This document shows, piece by piece, positions 46,592 through 54,506 of a stretch of DNA of 64,000 bases. This DNA comes from a virus. The number at the start of each line of letters is the position of its first letter. Within the stretch, counting starts at the first letter, position 1. Made by a program: the position numbers and the translations under genes. Location of the stretch: the IMG/VR virus record IMGVR_UViG_3300045988_166150, positions 1-64,000 of that record. One strand, given 5' to 3'. The notes under the pieces are model-generated. The model did no database searches and had not been told where the DNA came from. It saw nothing but the letters and a program-made list of their open reading frames with translations.

Positions 46592-47100
46592 AAAGTTGGA
46601 GGATAGAAAATGGCGGCTATCACACCATATATCATAAAATGTTCCATTACCGGATTTTCGGTACAGCACCTTAAATCAACGAAGTATGGTCAATATATGG
46701 TCTTATAAGAGATGCGTGAGTACCGACACGCCCAACCCTTTATTTGCAGATAGAGGCACAAACTCTTCGGAGTGTGGGGAGATGAAAACCTCCCATTTAT
46801 ATGCTCAATAAAATAATGGTAAATATAAAAGTAATTAGATTTAAGAAACCTATTTTTCTTAAGATTTCTATAAAAACGGTTTCACAAGTTGTATTTATAA
46901 TAAATTTTATTACTTTATATAAGAAAGTTCAAATCTTTCATTGGGCACCATCCCCTTAAAGCTGGTATAGAAGCCGGGAAAGGATATTGTTTGTTTGTTG
47001 GTTAATCAAGTAATATCTGAGAAAAAATCAACCTATAATATGCGAGTTCTTTTCTTTCTTTTCTCTCGTGAATAAATTAAAAGAATATAGACTGTTATAT
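46592..47100 (+). ncRNA. structured non-coding region of about 500 nt next to the tRNAs
   Basis: no ORF; hairpins TACCG/CGGTA, GCGTG/CACGC, C(UUCG)G-capped CTCTTCGGAG, GGGAG/CTCCC, 9-bp TTTAAGAAA/TTTCTTAAG. Confidence 0.45.
46923..46950 (+). other. orphan tRNA 3' half (T arm + 3' acceptor strand + ACCA)
   Basis: GAAAG-TTCAAAT-CTTTC ATTGGGC ACCA with no canonical D or acceptor 5' partner adjacent. Confidence 0.55.
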
Positions 47101-47177
47101 GGCTCGTTAGTTCAGTTGGTTAGAATGCTTGACTGTCTATCAGGAGGTCGTCGGTTCGAGTCCGACACGAGTCGCCA
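47101..47177 (+). tRNA. tRNA-Asp(GUC)
   Basis: full cloverleaf folded by hand; anticodon 47135-47137; encoded CCA; position 37 is U. Confidence 0.85.
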
Positions 47178-47308
47178 AGAGTTGCATACTTAAATTACAT
47201 GAAGGGGAAATTTAAGGTTTAGAAATTAGTGAAAAACTAAAGGCTTATAAAAAGATTATGCCACCAGTTAATTTATCTACGGGGCGTGGAATTTTACCTT
47301 ATTAATAT

Positions 47309-47384
47309 GGCTTGATAGCTCAGGTAGTAGAGCAGGGGACTGAAAATCCCCGTGTCAGTGGTGCAAGTCCATTTCAAGCCACCA
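47309..47384 (+). tRNA. tRNA-Phe(GAA)
   Basis: full cloverleaf; loop CTGAAAA; encoded CCA; T-loop TGCAAGT instead of TTCRANY. Confidence 0.85.
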
Positions 47385-47484
47385 AAAAGCTATTATATAA
47401 TATATTAAGCAAGTAGTAGTGATAGTCTACTTAAAATCTATCATTCGTATGACATACCTCCTTTCAGAATTTCCAAAGAAATTC

Positions 47485-47636
47485 GGGTGCTTATGCTTCC
47501 CATAAGATAAACTTGTAGAAAGATATATTATATTTTAGCTTTATACATATGCCTAGTTGGGTGAGTGGTTAAAACCGTAAGGCTGTAAACCTTATCTCTT
47601 CGGAGTTCCCTGGTTCAAATCCAGGAGCGCCCACCA
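47485..47636 (+). tRNA. class II tRNA-Tyr(GUA) interrupted by a 66-nt insertion (about 47493-47558) between the acceptor stem and the D arm
   Basis: 3' acceptor AGCGCCC pairs only with GGGTGCT at 47485-47491; D arm GGT-GAGTGGTTAAA-ACC; loop CTGTAAA; variable arm CTC-TTCG-GAG; T arm CCTGG-TTCAAAT-CCAGG; ACCA. Confidence 0.6.
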
Positions 47637-47660
47637 AATAATAAAAAGGAGGGAAATTAT

Positions 47661-47942
47661 ATGAAAATTCAAGTTAGAAAAGTCTTAGAAAAAATTGAAG
47701 AATGGGAAAATCCAATAACTCATAAAGTAGAAAAAATAAAAATACCTTATGAGAATGGTTTTGTAGAAGAAATGGAAATTGGGCTAAGTGACATAAGTGC
47801 TTTTACTGGAAATAAATCTACAAGACTAATTGGGATAGGCAAAAACTTATATCCATTAACAATGAAATCTTGGAAAGAAGTTAAAAAAACATTAAGTAAA
47901 TCTGAAATAGGAAGAAGATTTCATTTAGAAAAACAAAATTAG
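47661..47942 (+). CDS. hypothetical protein
   Basis: ORF track; AAAGGAGGG upstream. Confidence 0.65.
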   Translation: MKIQVRKVLEKIEEWENPITHKVEKIKIPYENGFVEEMEIGLSDISAFTGNKSTRLIGIGKNLYPLTMKSWKEVKKTLSKSEIGRRFHLEKQN

Positions 47943-47950
47943 TTAATAAG

Positions 47951-47985
47951 GTGTATATGCTTTCAAAGGATTGTATATACACTTT
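47951..47985 (+). terminator. hairpin terminator
   Basis: 10-bp stem GTGTATATGC/GTATATACAC then TTT. Confidence 0.5.
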
Positions 47986-48008
47986 ATATATATAAAGGGG
48001 TGAGTTAT

Positions 48009-48506
48009 ATGAAAACAAATATGATTGACTTAATGTCAAAAATAAAACAAATGCAAAATGATATTACAGAATTGGGATTAGAGTTAAAATTAAATTCTAC
48101 CAATGAAAAAATAATAGAACTTAATGGAAGTGAACAAATATTAAAAGAAAACAAAGATTTCGATATGAAATTTAACAAATATATTTCTTTATTAGAAAGG
48201 GTTTCTAAATTTCAAGGAATTATCGCTACAAGAAATGCTATGTTAAAATTAAAGAATGGAATGTCAATTCAAGAAGCTCTTATTAGAGTAAAAAATCTTA
48301 GAACAGAATTTGATATTGTCAAAGTTTTAGCAAGCAGAAAACCTTATAAAAAAAGAACAACAGAGACAACAAATTCTTATTTTACAGCTACAGAATTAGC
48401 TTATGATAAAGAAATCATGATAAATAAAAGGGAAGATTTAATTGCCGAAATTCAAGAATTAGAATTTGAAATTAGTCAATTAAATTCACAAGAATTTGAA
48501 GTATAG
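48009..48506 (+). CDS. hypothetical coiled-coil protein
   Basis: ORF track; ATG 48009. Confidence 0.6.
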   Translation: MKTNMIDLMSKIKQMQNDITELGLELKLNSTNEKIIELNGSEQILKENKDFDMKFNKYISLLERVSKFQGIIATRNAMLKLKNGMSIQEALIRVKNLRTEFDIVKVLASRKPYKKRTTETTNSYFTATELAYDKEIMINKREDLIAEIQELEFEISQLNSQEFEV

Positions 48507-48878
48507 TTATTAATTTTATTAGTTGTGAGATTTTTCATAGCTAATAATTCATATAAAGAAACATAAGTAGGTTAATGAACATTATCAAATGTAAAATGTA
48601 AATATAATTAAAATCAATAATAAAAAATGTGTAGTAGGTGCTATAAAACAATTTACAAATCAAGACCTTCGAGTCATTTTACAATTTATAAGCGTAATTA
48701 CAATTTATAAGTTATAATTGATTTAATCGGCGATTTAATCACGCCTCCAGTTTTTCAGAAATAAAATTTTGAGATGAATTTAAAAAATTTATTTTAACCA
48801 AAAAAGAAATAATCAACAATCTTAATATATGTTAATCTCTTATGTTTCTTATATTTTTATTATAGAAAGGAAATTATT
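48507..48878. repeat. repeat-rich intergenic region
   Basis: 12-bp inverted repeat AAGAAACATAAG (48556-67) / CTTATGTTTCTT (48839-50); TTACAATTTATAAG x2 (48679, 48698); GATTTAATC x2 (48720, 48732). Confidence 0.7.
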
Positions 48879-49333
48879 ATGTCAAGAAAATTTGAATATG
48901 TATCAACAGTCACAAATCCAGATTTTAGTTTACCAAAGAGAAGCACAAAATATTCAGCAGGATATGATTTTTTTGCACAGAAAGAATAGAAATTCCACCT
49001 TATCATATAGGCGATAATCCATACTTAGTTAAGACAAAAGTTAAGGCTTACATGGAAAATAATGAATATCTTGCTCTTGTTAACCGTAGTTCTAATCCTA
49101 AAAAGAAAAAATTAGTTATTCCAAATGGGATTGGTATAGTGGACGCAGATTATACGGACAACTCTGATAACGAAGGTGAATTAGGATTTTTATTTTATAA
49201 TTTAAGTAACGAACCAGTTGTTCTTGAAAAAGGGGATAAAATTGGTCAAGGAATTTTTCAAAAATATTTAATAACAGATAATGACAATGCCGAAGGCGAA
49301 CGTGTCGGAGGCTTTGGAAGTAGTGGAAAGTAG
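48879..49333 (+). CDS. dut: dUTPase, split by a -1 frame change in a T7 run (48968-48974)
   Basis: join 48879..48974 + 48974..49333 gives ...SAGYDFF-CTERIEIPP...LVNRSS...GIVDADY...ERVGGFGSSGK. Confidence 0.8.
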
Positions 49334-49341
49334 GTGTAAAT

Positions 49342-50457
49342 ATGAGAAAATTAGCAAGTATTCAAAAAATAGTAGACATTCAACCAATTGAAGGAGCAGA
49401 CAAAATAGAAAGACTTACTGTATTAGGCTGGCATATTGTTGCAAGTAAAACAGAAAACCATAAAGTTGGAGATTTAGTTGCATATATCGAACCAGATAGT
49501 AAAATGCCTGAAATACCTATGTTTGAATTTCTTCAAAGTAAAAAATATATCGTAAAGACAATTAAGCTTAGAGGGCAAATATCTCAAGGGCTAGTTATTC
49601 CTTTAAGAGAATTAGAAAAGAACTTTAACATAGATATATCTAAACTTAAAGAAGGTGATGATATTACTGATTTATTAGGCATAAAAAAATATGACCCTGA
49701 AGCAGAGGCTGAAAATATGGTGGTTTCAATGGAAAGCAAAAATCCTATTCATAAATTCTTAATGAAATATAAATGGTATAGAAAGTTATATTATAAATTA
49801 AATCCAAAACCTGAAAAAGGATTTCCTAGTTGGGTTAAAAAAACTGATGAAGATAGAATTCAAACAATACCAAATGAATTTCAAGAATATGTTGACAAGA
49901 AAATTTGGTTCGATAGTACTGAAAAACTTGACGGTCAATCTTCTACTTACTTCATTCATAAATATAAAATATTAGGTATAATTCCTAAATATGAATTTGG
50001 AGTATGTTCAAGAAATTTAAGATTAAAGACACCAGATAATTCTTCATATTGGACTATAGCAAGAAAATTAGATATAGAAAATGTTTTAAAATCTTTATTA
50101 AAAAAATATAAAGCTGAGAAAATAGTTATACAAGGCGAAATATGTGGAAGTAAAATCCAAAAAAATAAATACAACATTTCAGGTAATGAATTATTTGTGT
50201 TTAATTTAATAATAGATGGACAAAAATATAGAACAATGGACATAGAAAGAATATTATCTCCTTATGGATTTAAAACTGTACCTATGTTAAATACTAACGT
50301 TGAATTGTTACCAAGTATAGATATGATGGTTGAAGATGCTGAAGGAAAATCTGAAATTTATAATATAGAAAGAGAAGGTAAGGTTTGGAGAAGTATAGAT
50401 AATCAAGTATCTTTCAAGGTTATAAATCCTAAATTTTTATTGAAAAATGATGAATAA
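49342..50457 (+). CDS. RNA ligase, DRB0094 (Rnl5-like) family
   Basis: N-terminal OB-like KLASIQKIVDIQPIEGADKIERLTVLGWHIV; adenylation motif EKLDGQS. Confidence 0.8.
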   Translation: MRKLASIQKIVDIQPIEGADKIERLTVLGWHIVASKTENHKVGDLVAYIEPDSKMPEIPMFEFLQSKKYIVKTIKLRGQISQGLVIPLRELEKNFNIDISKLKEGDDITDLLGIKKYDPEAEAENMVVSMESKNPIHKFLMKYKWYRKLYYKLNPKPEKGFPSWVKKTDEDRIQTIPNEFQEYVDKKIWFDSTEKLDGQSSTYFIHKYKILGIIPKYEFGVCSRNLRLKTPDNSSYWTIARKLDIENVLKSLLKKYKAEKIVIQGEICGSKIQKNKYNISGNELFVFNLIIDGQKYRTMDIERILSPYGFKTVPMLNTNVELLPSIDMMVEDAEGKSEIYNIEREGKVWRSIDNQVSFKVINPKFLLKNDE

Positions 50458-50465
50458 AAAGATTT

Positions 50466-50499
50466 GGCACTAAGATTAAAATATTTTAGTGCCATTTTT
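50466..50499 (+). terminator. rho-independent terminator
   Basis: GGCACTAA/TTAGTGCC stem then ATTTTTG. Confidence 0.75.
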
Positions 50500-50506
50500 G
50501 TATAGA

Positions 50507-50556
50507 TAGGTCTAGGGCGAATGAGAATCGTCATATACGGGTTTTATATAGACAAC
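50507..50556 (+). repeat. second copy of the TAGGTCTA-GGCGA element (first copy 6898-6952)
   Basis: about 70 percent identity over about 55 nt; conserved closing stem GTCTA/TAGAC. Confidence 0.5.
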
Positions 50557-50627
50557 AAACAAGTTATATTACTTATAATATAAAACAGTTTTAAAATGAT
50601 TTTAAGACTTAATTTAAGGAGAAAATT

Positions 50628-51011
50628 ATGAAAAATAAAATAATAGTTAAAACTTTAGTAGAAAATAGCATTGATTACTTAAATATAATAGATATATTTA
50701 TGAAATTAAACAATAGCTCAACCTGCCATTCATACTCAAGTTTTGAAACAGCAATCAATATGGGAGCAATAACCAAAGATAACATAGAAATGTGTAAAAA
50801 AAATTTTTATTTTGGTAAAGCATATAACATAGACCATTATAAAGCAAACTTTGTCCCAGAAAATCACATAATCCTAGAGTGTGGGTCTTTTGAAGTATTA
50901 AATGAGGGTGACAGTAAAAACAATGGTAAGAAAGAATATATATTTGATTTACAAGTATCATCAAATTATAAATTAAATAATGAGTTAGGAACGTGGCATT
51001 ATGGAAGATAA
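50628..51011 (+). CDS. hypothetical protein
   Basis: ORF track. Confidence 0.6.
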   Translation: MKNKIIVKTLVENSIDYLNIIDIFMKLNNSSTCHSYSSFETAINMGAITKDNIEMCKKNFYFGKAYNIDHYKANFVPENHIILECGSFEVLNEGDSKNNGKKEYIFDLQVSSNYKLNNELGTWHYGR

Positions 51012-51294
51012 TAGAAAATGTGTGCAATGTGGTTCAAAAAATAAATTATTTCAACTAGAAAGTGGATATTATGTTTGCAAAAAATGTATGGATAAAGTAG
51101 GGAAAGAGCAACTTAAAATACAAAAAGATATTCTAAATTATTTAAAACAATTAGACTTTACCTCACCAAAAGAGCAACTAAATATTTTGGAAGGTATTGC
51201 ATTAAATATTAGATTTAACAATGGACTACTTGATAAGGAATATATGGATAAAATACAAGATGCAAAAGAAAGGATGGATAAAGCTTTTGAGTAA
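51001..51294 (+). CDS. zinc-ribbon hypothetical protein
   Basis: CVQCGS...CKKC. Confidence 0.6.
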   Translation: MEDNRKCVQCGSKNKLFQLESGYYVCKKCMDKVGKEQLKIQKDILNYLKQLDFTSPKEQLNILEGIALNIRFNNGLLDKEYMDKIQDAKERMDKAFE

Positions 51295-51781
51295 AATATT
51301 AATAGCATTAGACGAAAGTACAGTTTCGACAGGGTATTCCGTATTTAAAGATGAGAAATTAATTGATTACGGAGCAATTACACAAAAAAGCAAAAATGTA
51401 TTAGAAAGAATATCAAATATGGTACAAGAGATAGAAGTATTGATACAAAAGTATAAGCCAGACAGTTTGGTCGCTGAAAATATCCAAATAACTTTATCAG
51501 CTCCGACCGCAAAATCTCTTATGGGATTACAATTATTGATTGAACTTCTAGCGTTTAAAAAAGAAATTCCTTGTACTTTGTATAGAACCGCTCATTGGAG
51601 AAAAGTATTAGGATTATCAAATAGCCCTAAAATTAAAAGAGAAGAAAAGAAAAAGGAAGCTATAAAATATGTTGAAGATAAATATGGGATTAAGATAGAT
51701 AAAGATGATGTTTCAGATGCTATTGCTATTGGGACAGCATTTATTATAGAAAGCAGTGATAAAAATGAGAGACACAAATAG
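51260..51781 (+). CDS. ruvC: RuvC-like Holliday junction resolvase (start uncertain: ATG 51260 or TTG near 51287)
   Basis: ILIALDESTVSTGYSVF, VAENIQ, DVSDAIAIG acidic catalytic residues. Confidence 0.75.
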   Translation: MQKKGWIKLLSKILIALDESTVSTGYSVFKDEKLIDYGAITQKSKNVLERISNMVQEIEVLIQKYKPDSLVAENIQITLSAPTAKSLMGLQLLIELLAFKKEIPCTLYRTAHWRKVLGLSNSPKIKREEKKKEAIKYVEDKYGIKIDKDDVSDAIAIGTAFIIESSDKNERHK

Positions 51782-51810
51782 GATAAAACCATAGCTGGAG
51801 CAAAGGCAAT

Positions 51811-51846
51811 AAAAAAATAAAGGAAGAGAGAAATCCCTTCCTTTTT
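51811..51846. terminator. bidirectional terminator between the convergent gene blocks
   Basis: AGGAAG/CTTCCT stem flanked by an A-run and a T-run. Confidence 0.7.
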
Positions 51847-51903
51847 ACATATATAACTTTATTACCCTTAAAAATAAAATGGCTTAAATTTGATTTTAAA
51901 AGC

Positions 51904-52086
51904 CTATTTTTCTATGATTTCAAAGAATTTTCCAACTAATTTTTTATCTATTCCTCTTAATTGTAAATCTTCTGAAAATAGTTTGTAAAATTCATCTGTT
52001 TCTGATATTACATCATAAAAACAATCCTTATACCAAATAGGCTTTTTCTCATAAGCTACATTTATTAAAAATTTTAATTGTTTCAT
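51904..52086 (-). CDS. hypothetical protein
   Basis: ORF track; last gene of the minus-strand block. Confidence 0.55.
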   Translation of the reverse strand: MKQLKFLINVAYEKKPIWYKDCFYDVISETDEFYKLFSEDLQLRGIDKKLVGKFFEIIEK

Positions 52087-52098
52087 ATAAAATCTCCT

Positions 52099-53271
52099 TT
52101 ATATACTTTCTCGCCAAGTACCATTAATTTTTATATATGGCGCGCCACTTCTCCAAGTTCCATTTATTTTTATGTATACTTCTCCTTCTCGCCAAGTACC
52201 ATTAATTTTAATCCACATTTGATTAGACTTTATAGTTACATTACTAGTTGTTAAATAACTTGTATATTGTCCCCAACTATTTCTTAATCTAACTCTAAAT
52301 TGAATTAAATCATTATTTTTTAAGCTTGCATTAGAATAAGTATAAGAAGTTGAAACACCAGCATAGATTTGAGACCAACCACTCCATGTAGCAGTTATAT
52401 GGTTATAAGTCCTTACTTCTAAATAATAACCAGAAATAGTACCAGTTCCACCAGAGCCACCGCTCCAACTTACAGTAACTGGGTTTCCTTTTTTTATTCT
52501 GGTTGAACTCAATCTATATGAAGTGGGAGCAGTTGGGCTACCAAAAGAAACATTTAATATTGAAGAATAAATCCAACTTGAATTAGAATATTGCCCGTCG
52601 CTAGAACGTATTCTATATTTATATTGTACACCAATATAAGGAGTTTGCCCGCCAATATTTTTATTTCTAATTATTGTATCTTGATAAGAAGCTGGAGATT
52701 GTGCATTTCCTAATCTTACCCAATCAGTCCAACCACCTGAAGATTTTGAAGATTGTACTTCTATATCATATAATAATATTCCTGTACTTCCTGCCGCTGC
52801 TCCACCCCATGTTATCAATGGTCGACCATCTATTCCACAAGGATTTGGAGTAACATTGACCCAAGTAGGAGCACTAGGAGCAGTAAATGCTGGAGCATCT
52901 AGTAAAATATTATATTCATCTTGTGGTGTAACTAATGATACTTGCCCTGGAGCGCCAGTAATATTGAAGTACACACGAATATTATTGGCTTGAGAATTTA
53001 TAGAGTAAGATACTGTTGTAGTTCTACTCATTTCAGCACTTGCTCTCCATGTCTCGCTAGAGCTTTTTATTTCACCAGTTGCACTACCTGTGGTATCTGG
53101 CGTCCATACGTTAAAATATGCATAATATCCTGTACCTAACACTCCGTCAGTATATCTAAAACTACATACTGCGTTTGCAACAACCTGAATATCCGCACCT
53201 TGTCTAAAAGTATCTATATAAATAGTTACATCCATAGTAGGATTAGCAGTTGTATATTTTAATACTTCCAT
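52099..53271 (-). CDS. tail fibre / receptor-binding protein with a C-terminal triple repeat
   Basis: Ser/Thr/Gly-rich beta-type sequence; (W/Y)IKINGTWR repeated three times at the C-terminus. Confidence 0.65.
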   Translation of the reverse strand: MEVLKYTTANPTMDVTIYIDTFRQGADIQVVANAVCSFRYTDGVLGTGYYAYFNVWTPDTTGSATGEIKSSSETWRASAEMSRTTTVSYSINSQANNIRVYFNITGAPGQVSLVTPQDEYNILLDAPAFTAPSAPTWVNVTPNPCGIDGRPLITWGGAAAGSTGILLYDIEVQSSKSSGGWTDWVRLGNAQSPASYQDTIIRNKNIGGQTPYIGVQYKYRIRSSDGQYSNSSWIYSSILNVSFGSPTAPTSYRLSSTRIKKGNPVTVSWSGGSGGTGTISGYYLEVRTYNHITATWSGWSQIYAGVSTSYTYSNASLKNNDLIQFRVRLRNSWGQYTSYLTTSNVTIKSNQMWIKINGTWREGEVYIKINGTWRSGAPYIKINGTWRESI

Positions 53272-53284
53272 TTATATTCACCGC

Positions 53285-54073
53285 CTATTCATATTTGATA
53301 TATATATTTCCATCAAATCCTATATTTTGGTCTGGATTTGAAGTGCCGAAAAATACAAAAGCTTGTTGTACCCAACTTCCCCATTCTCCAGTATATTCAT
53401 AATAATTACGAACATAAGTTCTCATTCCTCTTCCAGCATCAAACACTGTAAATGTTTGCTTTACACCGGCATGCTTTTCAACAAATAAACTAAAAGCCCT
53501 TTGTTCAGGAACATTAGCTATAGTTTCCGCATCATCATTACTGTTATTGTAGTAAAGTCCACATTTTTCTAAAGTATTATATGAATTCAAGTTAGCATTT
53601 CTTGGAATTCTTTGTGGAATATTTAATTTATTGTCTAACGCAGTTTGTGTGGCTCTTGAAATTGGTTTATCTAAGTCCGAAGTATTGTCAACATTTGGTA
53701 ATCCGACTTGTGCTTTATCCATAGTTAAATAAAAGTTACCGTTGTAAAATTTTACATATACTGGTCTATTTGCCATAAGAATATTGTTTTGTATACTTAT
53801 ACCACTAGCAAATAATATCGGCTTAGCAGTATCACCATTTATGGAGATTTTGGCATTTGCTGCATTATTTACTTTTGGTATAAAACATATTAATCCAATT
53901 TTATTCCCTATGGCATTTGTTATTGGAGTTGGAATGCCAGTTATTGTTAAATTATATTGTGTTGCAGTACTAGAACTAGCGACAGTTGCATTTAATACTT
54001 GAGCTGGATTAAATGGGTACATTGGTTCATAACCAGCACTAGTTAGAACATGCATTATTATATTTTTTGCCAT
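53285..54073 (-). CDS. tail fibre-associated structural protein
   Basis: position and composition only. Confidence 0.55.
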   Translation of the reverse strand: MAKNIIMHVLTSAGYEPMYPFNPAQVLNATVASSSTATQYNLTITGIPTPITNAIGNKIGLICFIPKVNNAANAKISINGDTAKPILFASGISIQNNILMANRPVYVKFYNGNFYLTMDKAQVGLPNVDNTSDLDKPISRATQTALDNKLNIPQRIPRNANLNSYNTLEKCGLYYNNSNDDAETIANVPEQRAFSLFVEKHAGVKQTFTVFDAGRGMRTYVRNYYEYTGEWGSWVQQAFVFFGTSNPDQNIGFDGNIYIKYE

Positions 54074-54087
54074 TGCTTTTCTCCTTT

Positions 54088-54501
54088 CTATATATCTAAT
54101 GAAACTTGTTGTAATATATAATTCACTATAATATTATCAACACATTCTTCTATTTTTTCTTTTATAAAATCTTGTGCTATTTGTTCTGCTTCTTTTTTAG
54201 TCATTGAAACATATCCTTCTTCATTTGGATTATGGTCTTGAAAGTAAACCAATTGTTCGTCAACATAAATTAAATATGCGCTTACTATTTTGTAACTACG
54301 ACTATTTATAATATCTTCAGCAGAAACATTATTAATTGGGCTTTTTTTATCCCAAATCTCATATCTAAATCTTTTTGCTTGGGTTTCTGAAATACTATTT
54401 CTGTCAAATCTTGAAATTAATTTATCAATTGTCTTTATATCTATTTCATAACCTTTTGATTTTAAATATTTTAAAATTCTTTCACTATCTACCATTTTCA
54501 T
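54088..54501 (-). CDS. hypothetical protein, possible fibre assembly factor
   Basis: position only. Confidence 0.5.
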   Translation of the reverse strand: MKMVDSERILKYLKSKGYEIDIKTIDKLISRFDRNSISETQAKRFRYEIWDKKSPINNVSAEDIINSRSYKIVSAYLIYVDEQLVYFQDHNPNEEGYVSMTKKEAEQIAQDFIKEKIEECVDNIIVNYILQQVSLDI

Positions 54502-54506
54502 TTCTC

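Noticed and set aside
46738-46755. Hairpin CTTTA-TTTGCAGA-TAGAG with an 8-nt loop, considered as an extended-anticodon tRNA that could read CGGN as a quadruplet
   Set aside because: The loop contains no NCCG anticodon, the following hairpin is not a T arm, and no acceptor stem closes it.
47551-47557. GCCTAGT (directly 5' of the Tyr D arm) pairing with the orphan 3' half ATTGGGC at 46940, which would imply a permuted or trans-assembled tRNA
   Set aside because: The pairing needs two G-U pairs, spans 600 nt with two other tRNAs in between, and is within chance expectation for a 7-mer when wobble is allowed.
48829-49017. Track ORF over the dut start
   Set aside because: It is a third frame. 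The dUTPase N-terminus (ATG 48879 with AGAAAGGAA Shine-Dalgarno) and its continuation explain the region.
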